Positions 12,579 to 23,540 are shown, counted from the stretch's first letter. The stretch is 64,000 bases of DNA from Anaeramoeba ignava BMAN (GCA_028826165.1 JAPDFW010000060.1:186001-250000), one strand, 5' to 3'. Notes: a model not told the origin generated them from the sequence alone. Translations and numbers: made by a program.

Positions 12579-14190
12579 ATGGAAATTCAATTTATTCAAA
12601 AACTTGCAATAAAACTTATTGGAAAAATTTTCCTTCAAAATGATGAAATTGCAAAAAAAGCACTTGAAAACGCAATAAAACAAATTCCAGAAACAAACGA
12701 AATTAGAATACAAATTGAAAATGATTTAGAAAAATATTCAAAATTATTAATTGAATTTTTCAAAAAAATTTCAACTTCAAATTTTTATTTAAAAAATTCA
12801 ACACAAAATTTAAAACTTGAATTAATTTCACTTGCAAATTCACCAAAAAAACAAAAAAAATTATTCATAAAAACATGTTCATTTTATGATGATGAAACAA
12901 AAAAACTTACTGATTCGTTGCCAAACTCAATTTTGAACTTTGATTTTGATCCCTTATTATTTCTTGATTCAAACAAAAAACTTCAATTAGTTCAAATCAA
13001 AATTTATACTCAAAAAATCAAAGAGATTTTCAGTTCAAATTTTGAAAATATCAAAAATCAATTCGATTCAATTATAAAATTTCTCAATTTAATCGACATG
13101 GAATTCACACAATTCGACAAAGATCTTGTTGACGAACTTTCATTTTTATGCGCAGTTTTGGTTTCTTTGATTAAATCCAAAAAGAATTCTCAAAAAGAAA
13201 ATTTGATTCGATCAATTATTTTTTTATTGAAAAAAAAATTTTCAACTAAAAATTTAAAATGGAAGTTTTTATTCAAAATAACTTTGTTAAATCTTAATGG
13301 TTCAGTTGAAAAAAAGGATTTTCAAGCCAAGTTATTTAAAGAAATTGCTAATAAATGTTGTGACAATTTTTTAAAACACAAAATATTCAAAATTCAAAAG
13401 GGATCTCAATTGATTCAAATGATTATAATTCACAAAATTTTTAAAACAAATAATAATCCACTTAAAAATTATCAAAAAGTTATTCAACAAATTCACGAAG
13501 AAGATTCAAAACAACAAATACAAGGAATTGAGAAATTGTTAACAGATTTAATTGAATTATTATCTCAAGAAGATATGGATATTGCCTCTTTAGTTCATTA
13601 TTTGTCTAATAAAATTTCAATTCAAAAATTATATCAGATTTTAGAAATGATTCAACAAAAAGAAGATCAACAGAAAGAGTATATAAATCAAAAAGAAAAA
13701 ATTCTTGAGAAAAGTATTGTTGAGGATGGTGATGATCTTTTTTTTATTGATGATAAAGCAAATCCAAATTTAGATTCCTTTCTTGAAGATATTAAGAATG
13801 AAAATGAAAATGAAAATGAAAATGAAAATGAAAATGAAAATGAAAATGAAAATGATATTGAAAATGATATTGAAAATGAAAATGAAAATGAAAATGATAA
13901 TGAAAATGAAAATGATGATATTGAAAATGAATGAAAATGAAGATGATATTGAAAATGAAAATGAAAATGATAATGATATTGAAATTGAGAATGAAAATGA
14001 AAATGAAAATGAAAATGAAAATGAAAATGAAAATGAAAATGAAAATGAAAATGAAAATGAAAATGAAAATGAAAATGAAATTGAAGATGATATTGAAAAT
14101 GAAAATGAAAATGATATTGAAATTGAGAATGATATTGAAAATGAAAATTTAAAATTCAAAATGATTAAAGAAAAATCAATTCAAAAATAA
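12579..14190 (+). CDS. Uncharacterised helical protein with an acidic EN-repeat tail (probable frameshift error near 13930)
   Basis: A 451-aa ORF runs to 13934. The EN/DI repeat continues in another frame to 14190. A DDLFFIDDK motif precedes the tail. Confidence 0.65.
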
Positions 14191-14199
14191 AAATCAAAA

Positions 14200-14650
14200 T
14201 TTAATAATAAATTTCAATAAAAATGAATTTTAATAATTTTTAATATTTAAATTCAGTAAAATTTTTAATAATAATTTAATAATAAATTAAATTTAAAAAT
14301 AAATCCAAATCAAATTTAATAATAATTTTAATAATAATTTTAATAATAATTTTAATAATAATTTTAATAATAAATTTAATAATAATTTCAATAATTAATA
14401 ATAATTAATTTTAATAATAATAAATTTAATAATAATTTTTAATAATAAATTTTTTAATAATAATTTTAATAATAAATTTAATAATAATTTTAATAATAAA
14501 TTTAATAATAATTTTAATAATAATTTTAATAATAATTTTAATAATAATTTTAATAATAAATTTAATAATAATTTTAATAATAATTTTAATAATAAATTTA
14601 ATAATAATTTTAATAATTTTAATAATAATTTTAATAATAATTTAAATAAA
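14200..14650. repeat. AT-only satellite (TTTTAATAATAA) between convergent genes
   Basis: Direct inspection. Confidence 0.85.
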
Positions 14651-14707
14651 TAATAGACAAAATAGATAACTTTTTTTCTTTTATTTTTAAATTTTTTCTT
14701 TTTTAAA

Positions 14708-17700
14708 TTAATAAAAGAAATTTGAGTTTAATTTGATTTTTGTATCAAAAAAATAAGCATTTTGTTGATCAACTAAATCAAAAGAATCAGGAAAAGGTTT
14801 TTTTTCTTTCTTTTCTGAAGAGAAATATTCTGAAACAATTTTATAAGCTTCAAATAATTCTTTTGGAAATGATTGAGAAATTGGTTCAACTTTTTTAGTT
14901 GTCAAACCATTTAAAATAACATTATAAATTGGTCTAATACTTGAATCTTCTTGACATTTTTGATTATGCTTAAAAATTTCAATTAAAATTCCTCGAAATG
15001 TTAAAAATGGATTGATTGATTTTGGATTCTTTTCATTTACTCTTGCTGTTGGTGCAATAATTGCATATGGAAAATTACTCTTTTTTTTATTTTAATTTTA
15101 ATAATAATTTTAATTTTAATTTTAAATTTAATTTTAATCTTAATTTGAATATTAATTTTAATTTTAAATTTAATTTTAATTTTAAATTTAATTTTAATTT
15201 TAATTTTAATTTTAATTTTAATTTTAATTTTAATTTTAATTTTAAATTTTAATTTTAATTTTAATTTTAAATTAAATTTTAAATTAAATTTTAATTTTAA
15301 TTTTAATTTTAATTTTAAATTAATTTTAAATTAAATTTTAATCTACATTTCTAGAATCAATTGGATGAATCATGCATTCTCCAACTAAAATTTCTCCATA
15401 AAATTCTTTTTTAATTCTTTCTTGAATTTCTGTTTCAAATTCTACTCCAAAAAAATCTTTTGAAATTGTTCCAAGAGTATCTAAAAAATTTAATTAAAAA
15501 TTGAATCCAAATTTTAAAAGAAAAAAAAACATGATTTTTCTGCCTAAATAAAATAATTACTTATCAAAATTCTAATTCAAAAATTTACATTCAATTAAAT
15601 AATAAAAATTTTTCATAAAATTTTTCAAAATTAAAAATTAAAATAAAAATTAAACTAACCCAAATGAGTTTGTTGGAATTACAATAGCATCACCAGATAA
15701 ATTAAAAAGATCTTTCTTATACATCTAGAAATTTATATTTAATTTTTCAATTTAAATTTTTCAATTTTTAATTGATTTTTTTTTAAAACCTTAAAAATTG
15801 AATGACCTCGTAAATTCTTCTTAAAATCATCAATAATTCTTGAATCCAAATTGCAAATAGAAAATTGTAATTTCTAATTTATAGATAAATTATAAATAAT
15901 TAATTTCTTCTTTTTAATTTTTTAAAATAATTTTAATATATTTTTTTTTTACTTTCTTTGAATCAATTGGTATTAAAGATCGATTTTCTGAAAGATTTCC
16001 TAATCCTTCAGTTGTAAATAAATCTAAATATTGATCAAAAGTTAATTTCTATAAAAAAAAATATTGATTTTTTTTTTAATTTGAAAAATTCTTTCCAAAA
16101 AAAATAAAAAAAAATTCACTTTCTAATAATTTTTAGAATTGAAGAAATTAGAATCAAATTTAAATAAATAAAACACTTTATATTATTTTTTTTTCTATTT
16201 AATTTTACTTGCTAAATTTTAGATTTAAAATTTAAAATTATTAAAACAATTTCTACTTTTTTTTTAATAAAAAAATAATTTACATCTTTTTGATCTTTAT
16301 CATTTTTTGCATTTAATAATAATTCAATTAATAATTTGGGATTTTCTTTAGTTTGAGAAACAATATGTAAAGGAGTTCTTTGCTATTTTCAATCCAAAAA
16401 AAACGAAAATTTATTAAACATTTTTAAACTCCAAAAAAAAACACAATTTACATCCTTTTTGTTTTTTGAATTTCAATTATAAATGAATATTCAAATAAAA
16501 TGAAATAATTATAAACAAACAGCCTATTCAAAAAATATAAATATTTTTTTATAAATCCAAAAGAAAAATTAAATGAAATTATTTTTTTTTTACAGTTTTA
16601 ATATTAGTTTTCGCTTTATATTTAATTAGATGTTCAACCATTTCAACATTTCCATAAAATTCACAAGCTAAAAGTAAAGGTGTCCAACCCTAAAAAAAAA
16701 AAAGAAAAAACATTCAATTAAGATTTTCTTATTCAAAAATTCAATTTAAAATTTTCTTATTCAATTTTTTTACATCCTTTTAAATCAAATCCAATTATTT
16801 TCAATTAAAAAAGAATTTTCTAAATTTAAATTCAAAAAATTACTTTCTAAAAATAAAAATAATAATAATAAAAATAAAAATAAAAATAAATTAAATTAAT
16901 TTCTTTTTCTAACAGATTTAGTATTCGGTTTTGCTCCACTTTTTAATAATAATTCTACAGTTTTTGGATTATTTCCCATACAAGCAAAATGTAAAGGAGT
17001 ATATCCCTATAACATTTAATTTTTCGAAATTTAATTTTAAATTCAAATTCTAAATTAAAATGAAAACTTTTTTTTTTACCATCTTTTTAAATAAAATTTT
17101 TTTTCAATTAATTTTTTAACTTAAATTTATTAATAATTTTTTTTTACATTCTAAAAAAAAATTATTTATAAAACTTGTTTTGTCTTTTTTCTTCTTATTT
17201 AAAATTAATTACATTTTGAGAATTTAAATTTGTTGTTGTTGTTAAACGTTCAATTATTTCAGTCTCAACTTCATTTAAACAAGCAAAATGAAGAGGATTA
17301 TTTTTCTAAATAAAATCAAATTTAAAATTAAATTAAAATTGAATTCTATTTAAAAAAAAAAACAATAATTTACATACTAAAAAAAAAAAGAAATGATTAA
17401 AAATTAAATCTATTTATTTTTCAAACAAAAAATTAATTACATTCTTTTAGAAAAAAAAAAGGAAAATATAAAAAAAACATTTTTTCAATTTAAATCTTTT
17501 TTAAAAAAAAACTACATCTTCAGAATTTAAATTGGCTTGATTTTTTAAAAAGAGAATAACTAAATCTAATGTTGGTTCATTCATAAATAATAAATGAAAA
17601 GGAGTTTGACCCTAAAAAAGAAATTATTATAAAAACTCAATTAAAAATTTTTTGCTTTTTTTCTTTTCTTTTTTTTTAAAACAAATTCTAAATTTAAATT

Positions 17701-17923
17701 ACATTCTATTACACAAAAAATTAACGATAAAACTTAATAAAACTAATTCAAAAAAATAAAGAAAATTACTTGCTATTTTATTTTTTTGTAAATTAATTTA
17801 TAATTTAATTTATTATTTATTTTTATTATTAAAAACATCTTTTTTATTTGGATTTTCTTTTAAATCTAAACAATGTCGAATTTTTTCAGTATTTCTTGAT
17901 TTTACTGCTGAAAAAATATCCAT
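14708..17923 (-). CDS. Ankyrin-repeat + divergent macrodomain protein (~453 aa, 24 exons, including twelve 3-nt microexons and one 11-nt microexon)
   Basis: Main exons: 17923-17837, 17611-17516, 17305-17213, 17006-16914, 16689-16594, 16382-16284, 16048-15953, 15873-15790, 15724-15660, 15571-15561, 15480-15347, 15079-14708. 3-nt exons: 17772-70, 17705-03, 17443-41, 17376-74, 17150-48, 17082-80, 16846-44, 16776-74, 16523-21, 16454-52, 16211-09, 16122-20. All introns are GT-AG and the spliced CDS is 1362 nt and open. Ankyrin motifs GQTPFH, NNPLH, GYTPLH, GWTPLL, RTPLH. Macro motifs GDAIVIPTNSFG, FYGEILVGEC, PYAIIAPTARV. Confidence 0.88.
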
Positions 17924-18007
17924 TTAAAAAAAAAATGAAATGAAAGAAAAAAAATGAAAAATAATTTTTCTTCGTTCATTTTTTTTAATTAAAATAAATA
18001 ATCCAAA
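17924..18007. promoter_or_regulatory. 84-bp bidirectional promoter region with TCATTT(T) elements on both strands
   Basis: Lies between ATG 17923 (-) and ATG 18008 (+). Contains aaaatga elements (TCATTT on the minus strand) and ttcatttttt on the plus strand. Confidence 0.55.
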
Positions 18008-18553
18008 ATGAATAAATATAACATTACTTTTATTGGAAATGATGGAATTGGAAAAACTTCTTTATTAATGACTTATAATGATAAAAAAATACCAGAAAAA
18101 TCTATTCCAACTCTTTCTGAATCTTTTACTAAAAATTTTAAAATTGAAAATAAAGAATTTCAAATTCAATCTTGTGATACAGCAAATTATGATGATTTTG
18201 ATCCATTTCGTGATCTTTGTATTAGTGATTCAGTTTTAATTGCAATTTGTTTTGCAATTGATAATTCTTATCATTCTTTTCAAGATGCTGAAAATGATTG
18301 GAATTATGAAGCAAAAAAACATGCTCCAAAAAATTCAAAAATAATTTTAATTGGAACTAAAATGGATTTAAGAAATAAATTAAAAGAAGAAAATAAGAAA
18401 TTTGTTACAAAAGAAGAAGGAATTGAATTAGCAAAGAAAATAAATGCAATTAAATATTTCGAATGTTCTTCATTTAATCAAAAAGGAATTGAAACTATTT
18501 TTAATGAAATTGCTTTAATTTGTTTTGAAAATTTTGAAAAATATAAAAATTAA
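18008..18553 (+). CDS. Rho/Rac-like GTPase #1 (lacks CaaX)
   Basis: GNDGIGKT, GTKMDLR, ECSS. Stops at FEKYKN*. Confidence 0.9.
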   Translation: MNKYNITFIGNDGIGKTSLLMTYNDKKIPEKSIPTLSESFTKNFKIENKEFQIQSCDTANYDDFDPFRDLCISDSVLIAICFAIDNSYHSFQDAENDWNYEAKKHAPKNSKIILIGTKMDLRNKLKEENKKFVTKEEGIELAKKINAIKYFECSSFNQKGIETIFNEIALICFENFEKYKN

Positions 18554-18685
18554 AATTAAAATTAAAATAAAAAAGGATGTATTTTGAATTAAATTCGAAT
18601 TTACTTTAATCCAAAAAAATTCCAAAAAATATTTTTTCATTTTTCATTTTTCATTTTTTTTTTTAATTAAAATAAATAATCTAAA

Positions 18686-19264
18686 ATGAATAAATATAAC
18701 ATTACTTTTATTGGAAATGATGGAATTGGAAAAACTTCTTTATTAATGACTTATAATGATAAAAAAATACCAGAAAAATATATTCCAAATCTTTCTGAAT
18801 CTTTTACTAAAAATTTTAAAATTGAAAATAAAGAATTTGAAATTGAATTTTGGGATTCTGGACATACTTCCGATGTTGATAGAATCCGATATCTTTGCAT
18901 TAATCAATCACAATTAACTGCAATTTGTTTTGCAATTGATAATCTTTATGAATCTTTTGAAAGTGTTGAAAATAGATATAAATATGAAGTAAAAGAAAAT
19001 GCTCCAAAAAATTCAAAAATAATTTTAATTGGAACTAAAATTGATTTAAGAAATAAATTAAAAGAAGAAAATAAGAAATTAATTACAAAAGAAGAAGGAA
19101 TTGAAATGGCAAAGAAAATAAATGCAATTAAATATTTTGAATGTTCTTCATTTAATCAAAAAGGAATTGAAACTATTTTTAATGAAATTGCTTTAATTTG
19201 TTTTGAAAATTTTGAAAAATATAAAGAAGAAAAAGAAAATAAAAAAGGATGTATTTTGAATTAA
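18686..19264 (+). CDS. Rho/Rac-like GTPase #2
   Basis: Intact ORF with G1/G4/G5 motifs and CILN. Confidence 0.92.
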   Translation: MNKYNITFIGNDGIGKTSLLMTYNDKKIPEKYIPNLSESFTKNFKIENKEFEIEFWDSGHTSDVDRIRYLCINQSQLTAICFAIDNLYESFESVENRYKYEVKENAPKNSKIILIGTKIDLRNKLKEENKKLITKEEGIEMAKKINAIKYFECSSFNQKGIETIFNEIALICFENFEKYKEEKENKKGCILN

Positions 19265-19356
19265 ATTCAATTTACTTTAATCCAAAAAAAATTCCAAAAA
19301 AAATATTTTTTCATTTTTTATTTTTCATTTTTTTTAATTAAAATAAATAATCTAAA

Positions 19357-19920
19357 ATGAATAAATATAACATTACTTTTATTGGAAATTGTGAAATTGG
19401 AAAAACTTCTTTATTAATGACTTATAATGATAAAAAAATACCAGAAAAATATATTCCAAGTCTTTCTGAACCTTTTACTAAAAATTTTAAAATTGAAAAT
19501 AAAGAATTTGAAATTCAATTTTGGGATTCTGGAAATACTTCCGATATTGATAGAATCCGATATATTTGCATTAATCAATCACAATTAATTGCAATTTGTT
19601 TTGCAATTGATAATCTTTATTATTCTTTTGAAAGTGTTGAAAATAGATATAAAAATGAAGTAAAAGGATGTGCTCCAAAAAATTCAAAAATAATTTTAAT
19701 TGGAACTAAAATTGATTTAAGAAATAATGAAGAAAGAATAAATGAATTAAAAGAAGAAAATAAGAAATTTGTTACAAAAGAAGAAGGAATTGAAATGGCA
19801 AAGAAAATAAAAGCAATTAAATATTTTGAATGTTCTTCATTTAATCAAAAAGGAATTGAAACTATTTTTAATGAAATTGCTTTAATTTGTTTTGAAAATT
19901 TTGAAAAATATAAAAATTAA
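19357..19920 (+). CDS. Rho/Rac-like GTPase #3 (lacks CaaX)
   Basis: Intact G domain. Stops at FEKYKN*. Confidence 0.9.
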   Translation: MNKYNITFIGNCEIGKTSLLMTYNDKKIPEKYIPSLSEPFTKNFKIENKEFEIQFWDSGNTSDIDRIRYICINQSQLIAICFAIDNLYYSFESVENRYKNEVKGCAPKNSKIILIGTKIDLRNNEERINELKEENKKFVTKEEGIEMAKKIKAIKYFECSSFNQKGIETIFNEIALICFENFEKYKN

Positions 19921-20040
19921 AATTAAAATTAAAATAAAAAAGGATGTATTTTGAATTAAATTCAATTTACTTCAATCCAAAAAAAATCATTTTTCATTTT
20001 TTATTTTTTATTTTTTATTCATAAACTAAATTTATTCAAA

Positions 20041-20625
20041 ATGGAGAATCAAAATGAAAATAATAAAGTTGTTTTTATTGGAAATGATGGAATTGGGAAA
20101 ACATCATTAATAGCTACTTATCATGATAAAAAAATACCAGAAAAATACGTTCCAACTGTTTATGATAATGCTAAAAAAATATTCCAAAACGAAGATAAAG
20201 AAATTGAAATTCAATTTTGGGACACAGCAAGATATCATGGATATGATAGATTTTTACCCCTTTTCCTTTCTCAATCAAATTTAACTGTTATTTGTTTTGC
20301 AATTAATGATTATGAATCTTTTGAAAATATTGAAAATTATTGGATTCTTCAAGTTGATCATTTTACACCAAATTCAAAAAGAATTTTAATTGGAACTAAA
20401 ATTGATTTAAGAAATAAATTAAAAGAAGAAAATAAGAAATTTGTTACAAAAGAAGAAGGAATTGAATTAGCAAAGAAAATAAATGCAATTAAATATTTTG
20501 AATGTTCTTCATTAAATCAAAAAGGAATTGAAACTATTTTTAATGAAATTGTTTTAATTTGTATTGGAAAATATAAAGAAATTAATCAAGAAAAAGAAAA
20601 TAAAAAAGGATGTATTTTAAATTGA
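20041..20625 (+). CDS. Rho/Rac-like GTPase #4
   Basis: YVPTVYDN, WDTARY, CILN. Confidence 0.92.
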   Translation: MENQNENNKVVFIGNDGIGKTSLIATYHDKKIPEKYVPTVYDNAKKIFQNEDKEIEIQFWDTARYHGYDRFLPLFLSQSNLTVICFAINDYESFENIENYWILQVDHFTPNSKRILIGTKIDLRNKLKEENKKFVTKEEGIELAKKINAIKYFECSSLNQKGIETIFNEIVLICIGKYKEINQEKENKKGCILN

Positions 20626-20675
20626 TTTTATATTTTTTTATTTTTTCATTTTTTCATTTTTTAAATAAATAAAAA

Positions 20676-21251
20676 ATGCAAAAATATAAAATTCTTTTTG
20701 TTGGAGATCGAGGAGTTGGAAAATCAACAGCATTATTTGTTTATGATCATAATAAATTTCCTGAATTATATATTCCAACAGTTTATGATAATTTTGAAAA
20801 AAAATTCCAAATTGAAGATAAAGAAACTATCCTTCAAATTTGGGATACTTTAAGAACTGAAGATTTAGATAGATTATTCCCTTTATATTATCTTGCAACA
20901 TATCTTATTGCCATTTTTTTCTCGATTGATTCAAATAATTCATTTGAAAGAGTTGAATCTTTTTGGATTCCTGATATTGAAAAACATGCTCCAAAAAATT
21001 CAAAAATAATTTTAATTGGAACTAAAATTGATTTAAGAAATGAATCAAAAGAAGAAAATAAGAAATTAATTACAAAAGAAGAAGGAATTAAATTAGCAAA
21101 GAAAATAAAAGCAATTAAATATTTTGAATGTTCTTCATTAAATCAAAAAGGAATTGAAACTATTTTTAATGAAATAGCTTTAATTTGTTTTGGAAAATAT
21201 AAAGAAATTAATCAAGAAAAAGAAAATAAAAAAGGATGTATTTTAAATTGA
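20676..21251 (+). CDS. Rho/Rac-like GTPase #5
   Basis: GDRGVGKS, YIPTVYDNF, CILN. Confidence 0.92.
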   Translation: MQKYKILFVGDRGVGKSTALFVYDHNKFPELYIPTVYDNFEKKFQIEDKETILQIWDTLRTEDLDRLFPLYYLATYLIAIFFSIDSNNSFERVESFWIPDIEKHAPKNSKIILIGTKIDLRNESKEENKKLITKEEGIKLAKKIKAIKYFECSSLNQKGIETIFNEIALICFGKYKEINQEKENKKGCILN

Positions 21252-21300
21252 TTTTATATTTTTTCATTTTTTCATTTTTTCATTTTTTAATAAATAAAAA

Positions 21301-22071
21301 ATGAAAAAATTAATTTATAAAGTACTTTTTATTGGAACTGCAGGAACAGGAAAAACATCATTATTATTAACTTATAATGAAAAAAAACTACCAGAAATAT
21401 ATATTCCAACAGTTTTGGAATATTTTGAAAAAAATTTTAAATTTGAAAGTGGAAATAAATTAGAAAATAAATTAGAAAATCAAAATCAAAATAAATTAGA
21501 AAATAAATTAGAAAATGAATTAGAAAATCAATTAGAAAATCAATTAGAAAATGAATTAGAAAATCAAAATCAAAATCAAAATAAATTAGAAAATCAAAAT
21601 CAAAATAAATTAGAAAATCAAATGAAAGAATTGAAAATTAATTTTTGGGATTCAGCAAGAAATCCAGATTATGATAGGTTATTCCCTTTATATTATATTA
21701 ATTCAAATGTTATTGCTATTTGTTTTGCAATTGATGATTATGAATCTTTTGAAAAAATTCCAACTTTTTGGATTCCTGAAATTGAAAAATATGTTCCAAA
21801 ATCAAAAATAATTTTAATTGGAACTAAAATTGATTTAAGAAATAATGAAGAAAGAATAAATGAATTAAAAGAAGGAAATAAGAAATTAATTACAAAAGAA
21901 GAAGGAATTGAAATGGCAAAGAAAATAAAAGCAATTAAATATTTTGAATGTTCTTCATTAAATCAAAAAGGAATTGAAACTATTTTTAATGAAATTGCTT
22001 TAATTTGTTTTGAAATAGATCAAGAAATTAATCAAGAAAAAGAAAAGAAAAAAAGATGTATATTAAATTAA
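21301..22071 (+). CDS. Rho/Rac-like GTPase #6 with an LENQ-repeat insertion
   Basis: Intact 256-aa ORF. The insertion lies between switch I and the WD motif. Confidence 0.9.
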   Translation: MKKLIYKVLFIGTAGTGKTSLLLTYNEKKLPEIYIPTVLEYFEKNFKFESGNKLENKLENQNQNKLENKLENELENQLENQLENELENQNQNQNKLENQNQNKLENQMKELKINFWDSARNPDYDRLFPLYYINSNVIAICFAIDDYESFEKIPTFWIPEIEKYVPKSKIILIGTKIDLRNNEERINELKEGNKKLITKEEGIEMAKKIKAIKYFECSSLNQKGIETIFNEIALICFEIDQEINQEKEKKKRCILN

Positions 22072-22185
22072 ATATTAAATTAAATATTGAATTGAAAAGA
22101 ATCCAAAAATATTTTTTTAATTTTTCATTTTTCATTTTTTCATTTTTCATTTTTCATTTTTCACAGTTTTTTAAATAAATAAAAA

Positions 22186-22762
22186 ATGAAAAAATTTAAA
22201 GTTGTTTTTATTGGAGCAAATGGAATAGGAAAAACAACATTATTAATGACTTATAATGAAAAAACTACCAGAAATATATATTCCAACTATTTATGATAAT
22301 TTTCAAAAAAAATTCAAAATTAAAAATAAAGAATTCATCATTAACTTTTGGGATAATGTTAAATGTGAAGATTTTGATTCATTATTTAGATTGATTTATC
22401 CTTATACAAATATTATTGTTATTTGTTTTGCAATTGATGATTATTATTCTTTTGAAGATATTGAATCTTTTTGGATTCCTGATATTGAAAAATATTCAGA
22501 AAATCCCAAAAGAATTTTAATTGGAACTAAAATTGATTTAAGAAATAATGAAGAAAGAATAAATGAATTAAAAAAAGAAAATAAGAAATTAATTACAAAA
22601 GAAGAAGGAATTGAATTGGCAAAGAAAATAAATGCAATTAAATATTTTGAATGTTCTTCATTAAATCAAAAAGGAATTGAAACTATTTTTAATGAAATAG
22701 CTTTAATTTGTATTGGAAAATATAAAGGAAATGAAAATAAAAAAGGATGTATTTTGAATTGA
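22186..22762 (+). CDS. Rho/Rac-like GTPase #7 (frameshift near 22260, likely error)
   Basis: ATG 22186 begins MKKFKVVFIGANGIGKT. The rest is in ORF 22256-22762. Confidence 0.8.
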
Positions 22763-22841
22763 ATATTGAATTAAAAATTTTTTTTGGATTTTTCATTTTT
22801 CATTTTCCATTTTCCAATTTTCTTTTGTTTTAAATAAAAAA

Positions 22842-23426
22842 ATGCAAAAATACAAAGTTGTTTTTGTTGGAGAACGATTAGTTGGGAAATCAACATTAAT
22901 AATTGTTTATAATCATAAAATGTTTCCAGAAATATATCTTCCAACAGTTTATGATTATTTTTCCAAAAATTTTAAAAACGAAAATCAAAACAAAGAAATT
23001 GAAATTAATTTTTTCGATACAGCAAGAAATCGAGAATATGAGAGAATATTTCATTTAAATTATATTAATTCAGATATTATTTCTATTTGTTTTGCAATTG
23101 ATGATTATGATTCTTTTGAAGATATTGAATCTTTTTGGATTCCTGATATTGAAAAATATTCAGAAAATCCCAAAAGAATTTTAATTGGAACTAAAATTGA
23201 TTTAAGAAATAATGAAGAAAGAATAAATGAATTAAAAAAAGAAAATAAGAAATTAATTACAAAAGAAGAAGGAATTGAATTGGCAAATAAAATAAATGCA
23301 ATTAAATATTTTGAATGTTCTTCATTAAATCAAAAAGGAATTGAAACTATTTTTAATGAAATCGTTTTAATTTGTATTGGAAAATATAAAAGAAATGAAA
23401 ATAAAAAAGGATGTATTTTGAATTGA
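22842..23426 (+). CDS. Rho/Rac-like GTPase #8
   Basis: Intact ORF ending in CILN. Confidence 0.92.
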   Translation: MQKYKVVFVGERLVGKSTLIIVYNHKMFPEIYLPTVYDYFSKNFKNENQNKEIEINFFDTARNREYERIFHLNYINSDIISICFAIDDYDSFEDIESFWIPDIEKYSENPKRILIGTKIDLRNNEERINELKKENKKLITKEEGIELANKINAIKYFECSSLNQKGIETIFNEIVLICIGKYKRNENKKGCILN

Positions 23427-23540
23427 ATATTGAATTAAAAATTTTTTGGAATTGAATTTTGAATTGAAAAAAAAATTTTTTTATTCATTTTTCATTTTTT
23501 TCTTTCATCAATCTAAAAAATAAAAAATAAAAAATAAACA

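Noticed and set aside
15531-15543. Alternative mini-exon TAG-GCAGAAAAATCAT-GT in the macrodomain
   Set aside because: 13 nt puts the next exon out of frame. The 11-nt exon at 15571-15561 restores both the frame and the motif spacing.
18551-18592. Stop-codon readthrough or reassignment restoring CILN in #1 and #3
   Set aside because: Several TAAs follow, the CILN remnant is out of frame, and other genes use TAA/TGA as normal stops.
22250-22270. Programmed frameshifting in GTPase #7 (also at 54817 and 13930)
   Set aside because: These are small losses in A-runs or repeats with no stimulatory structure. Sequencing error is more parsimonious.
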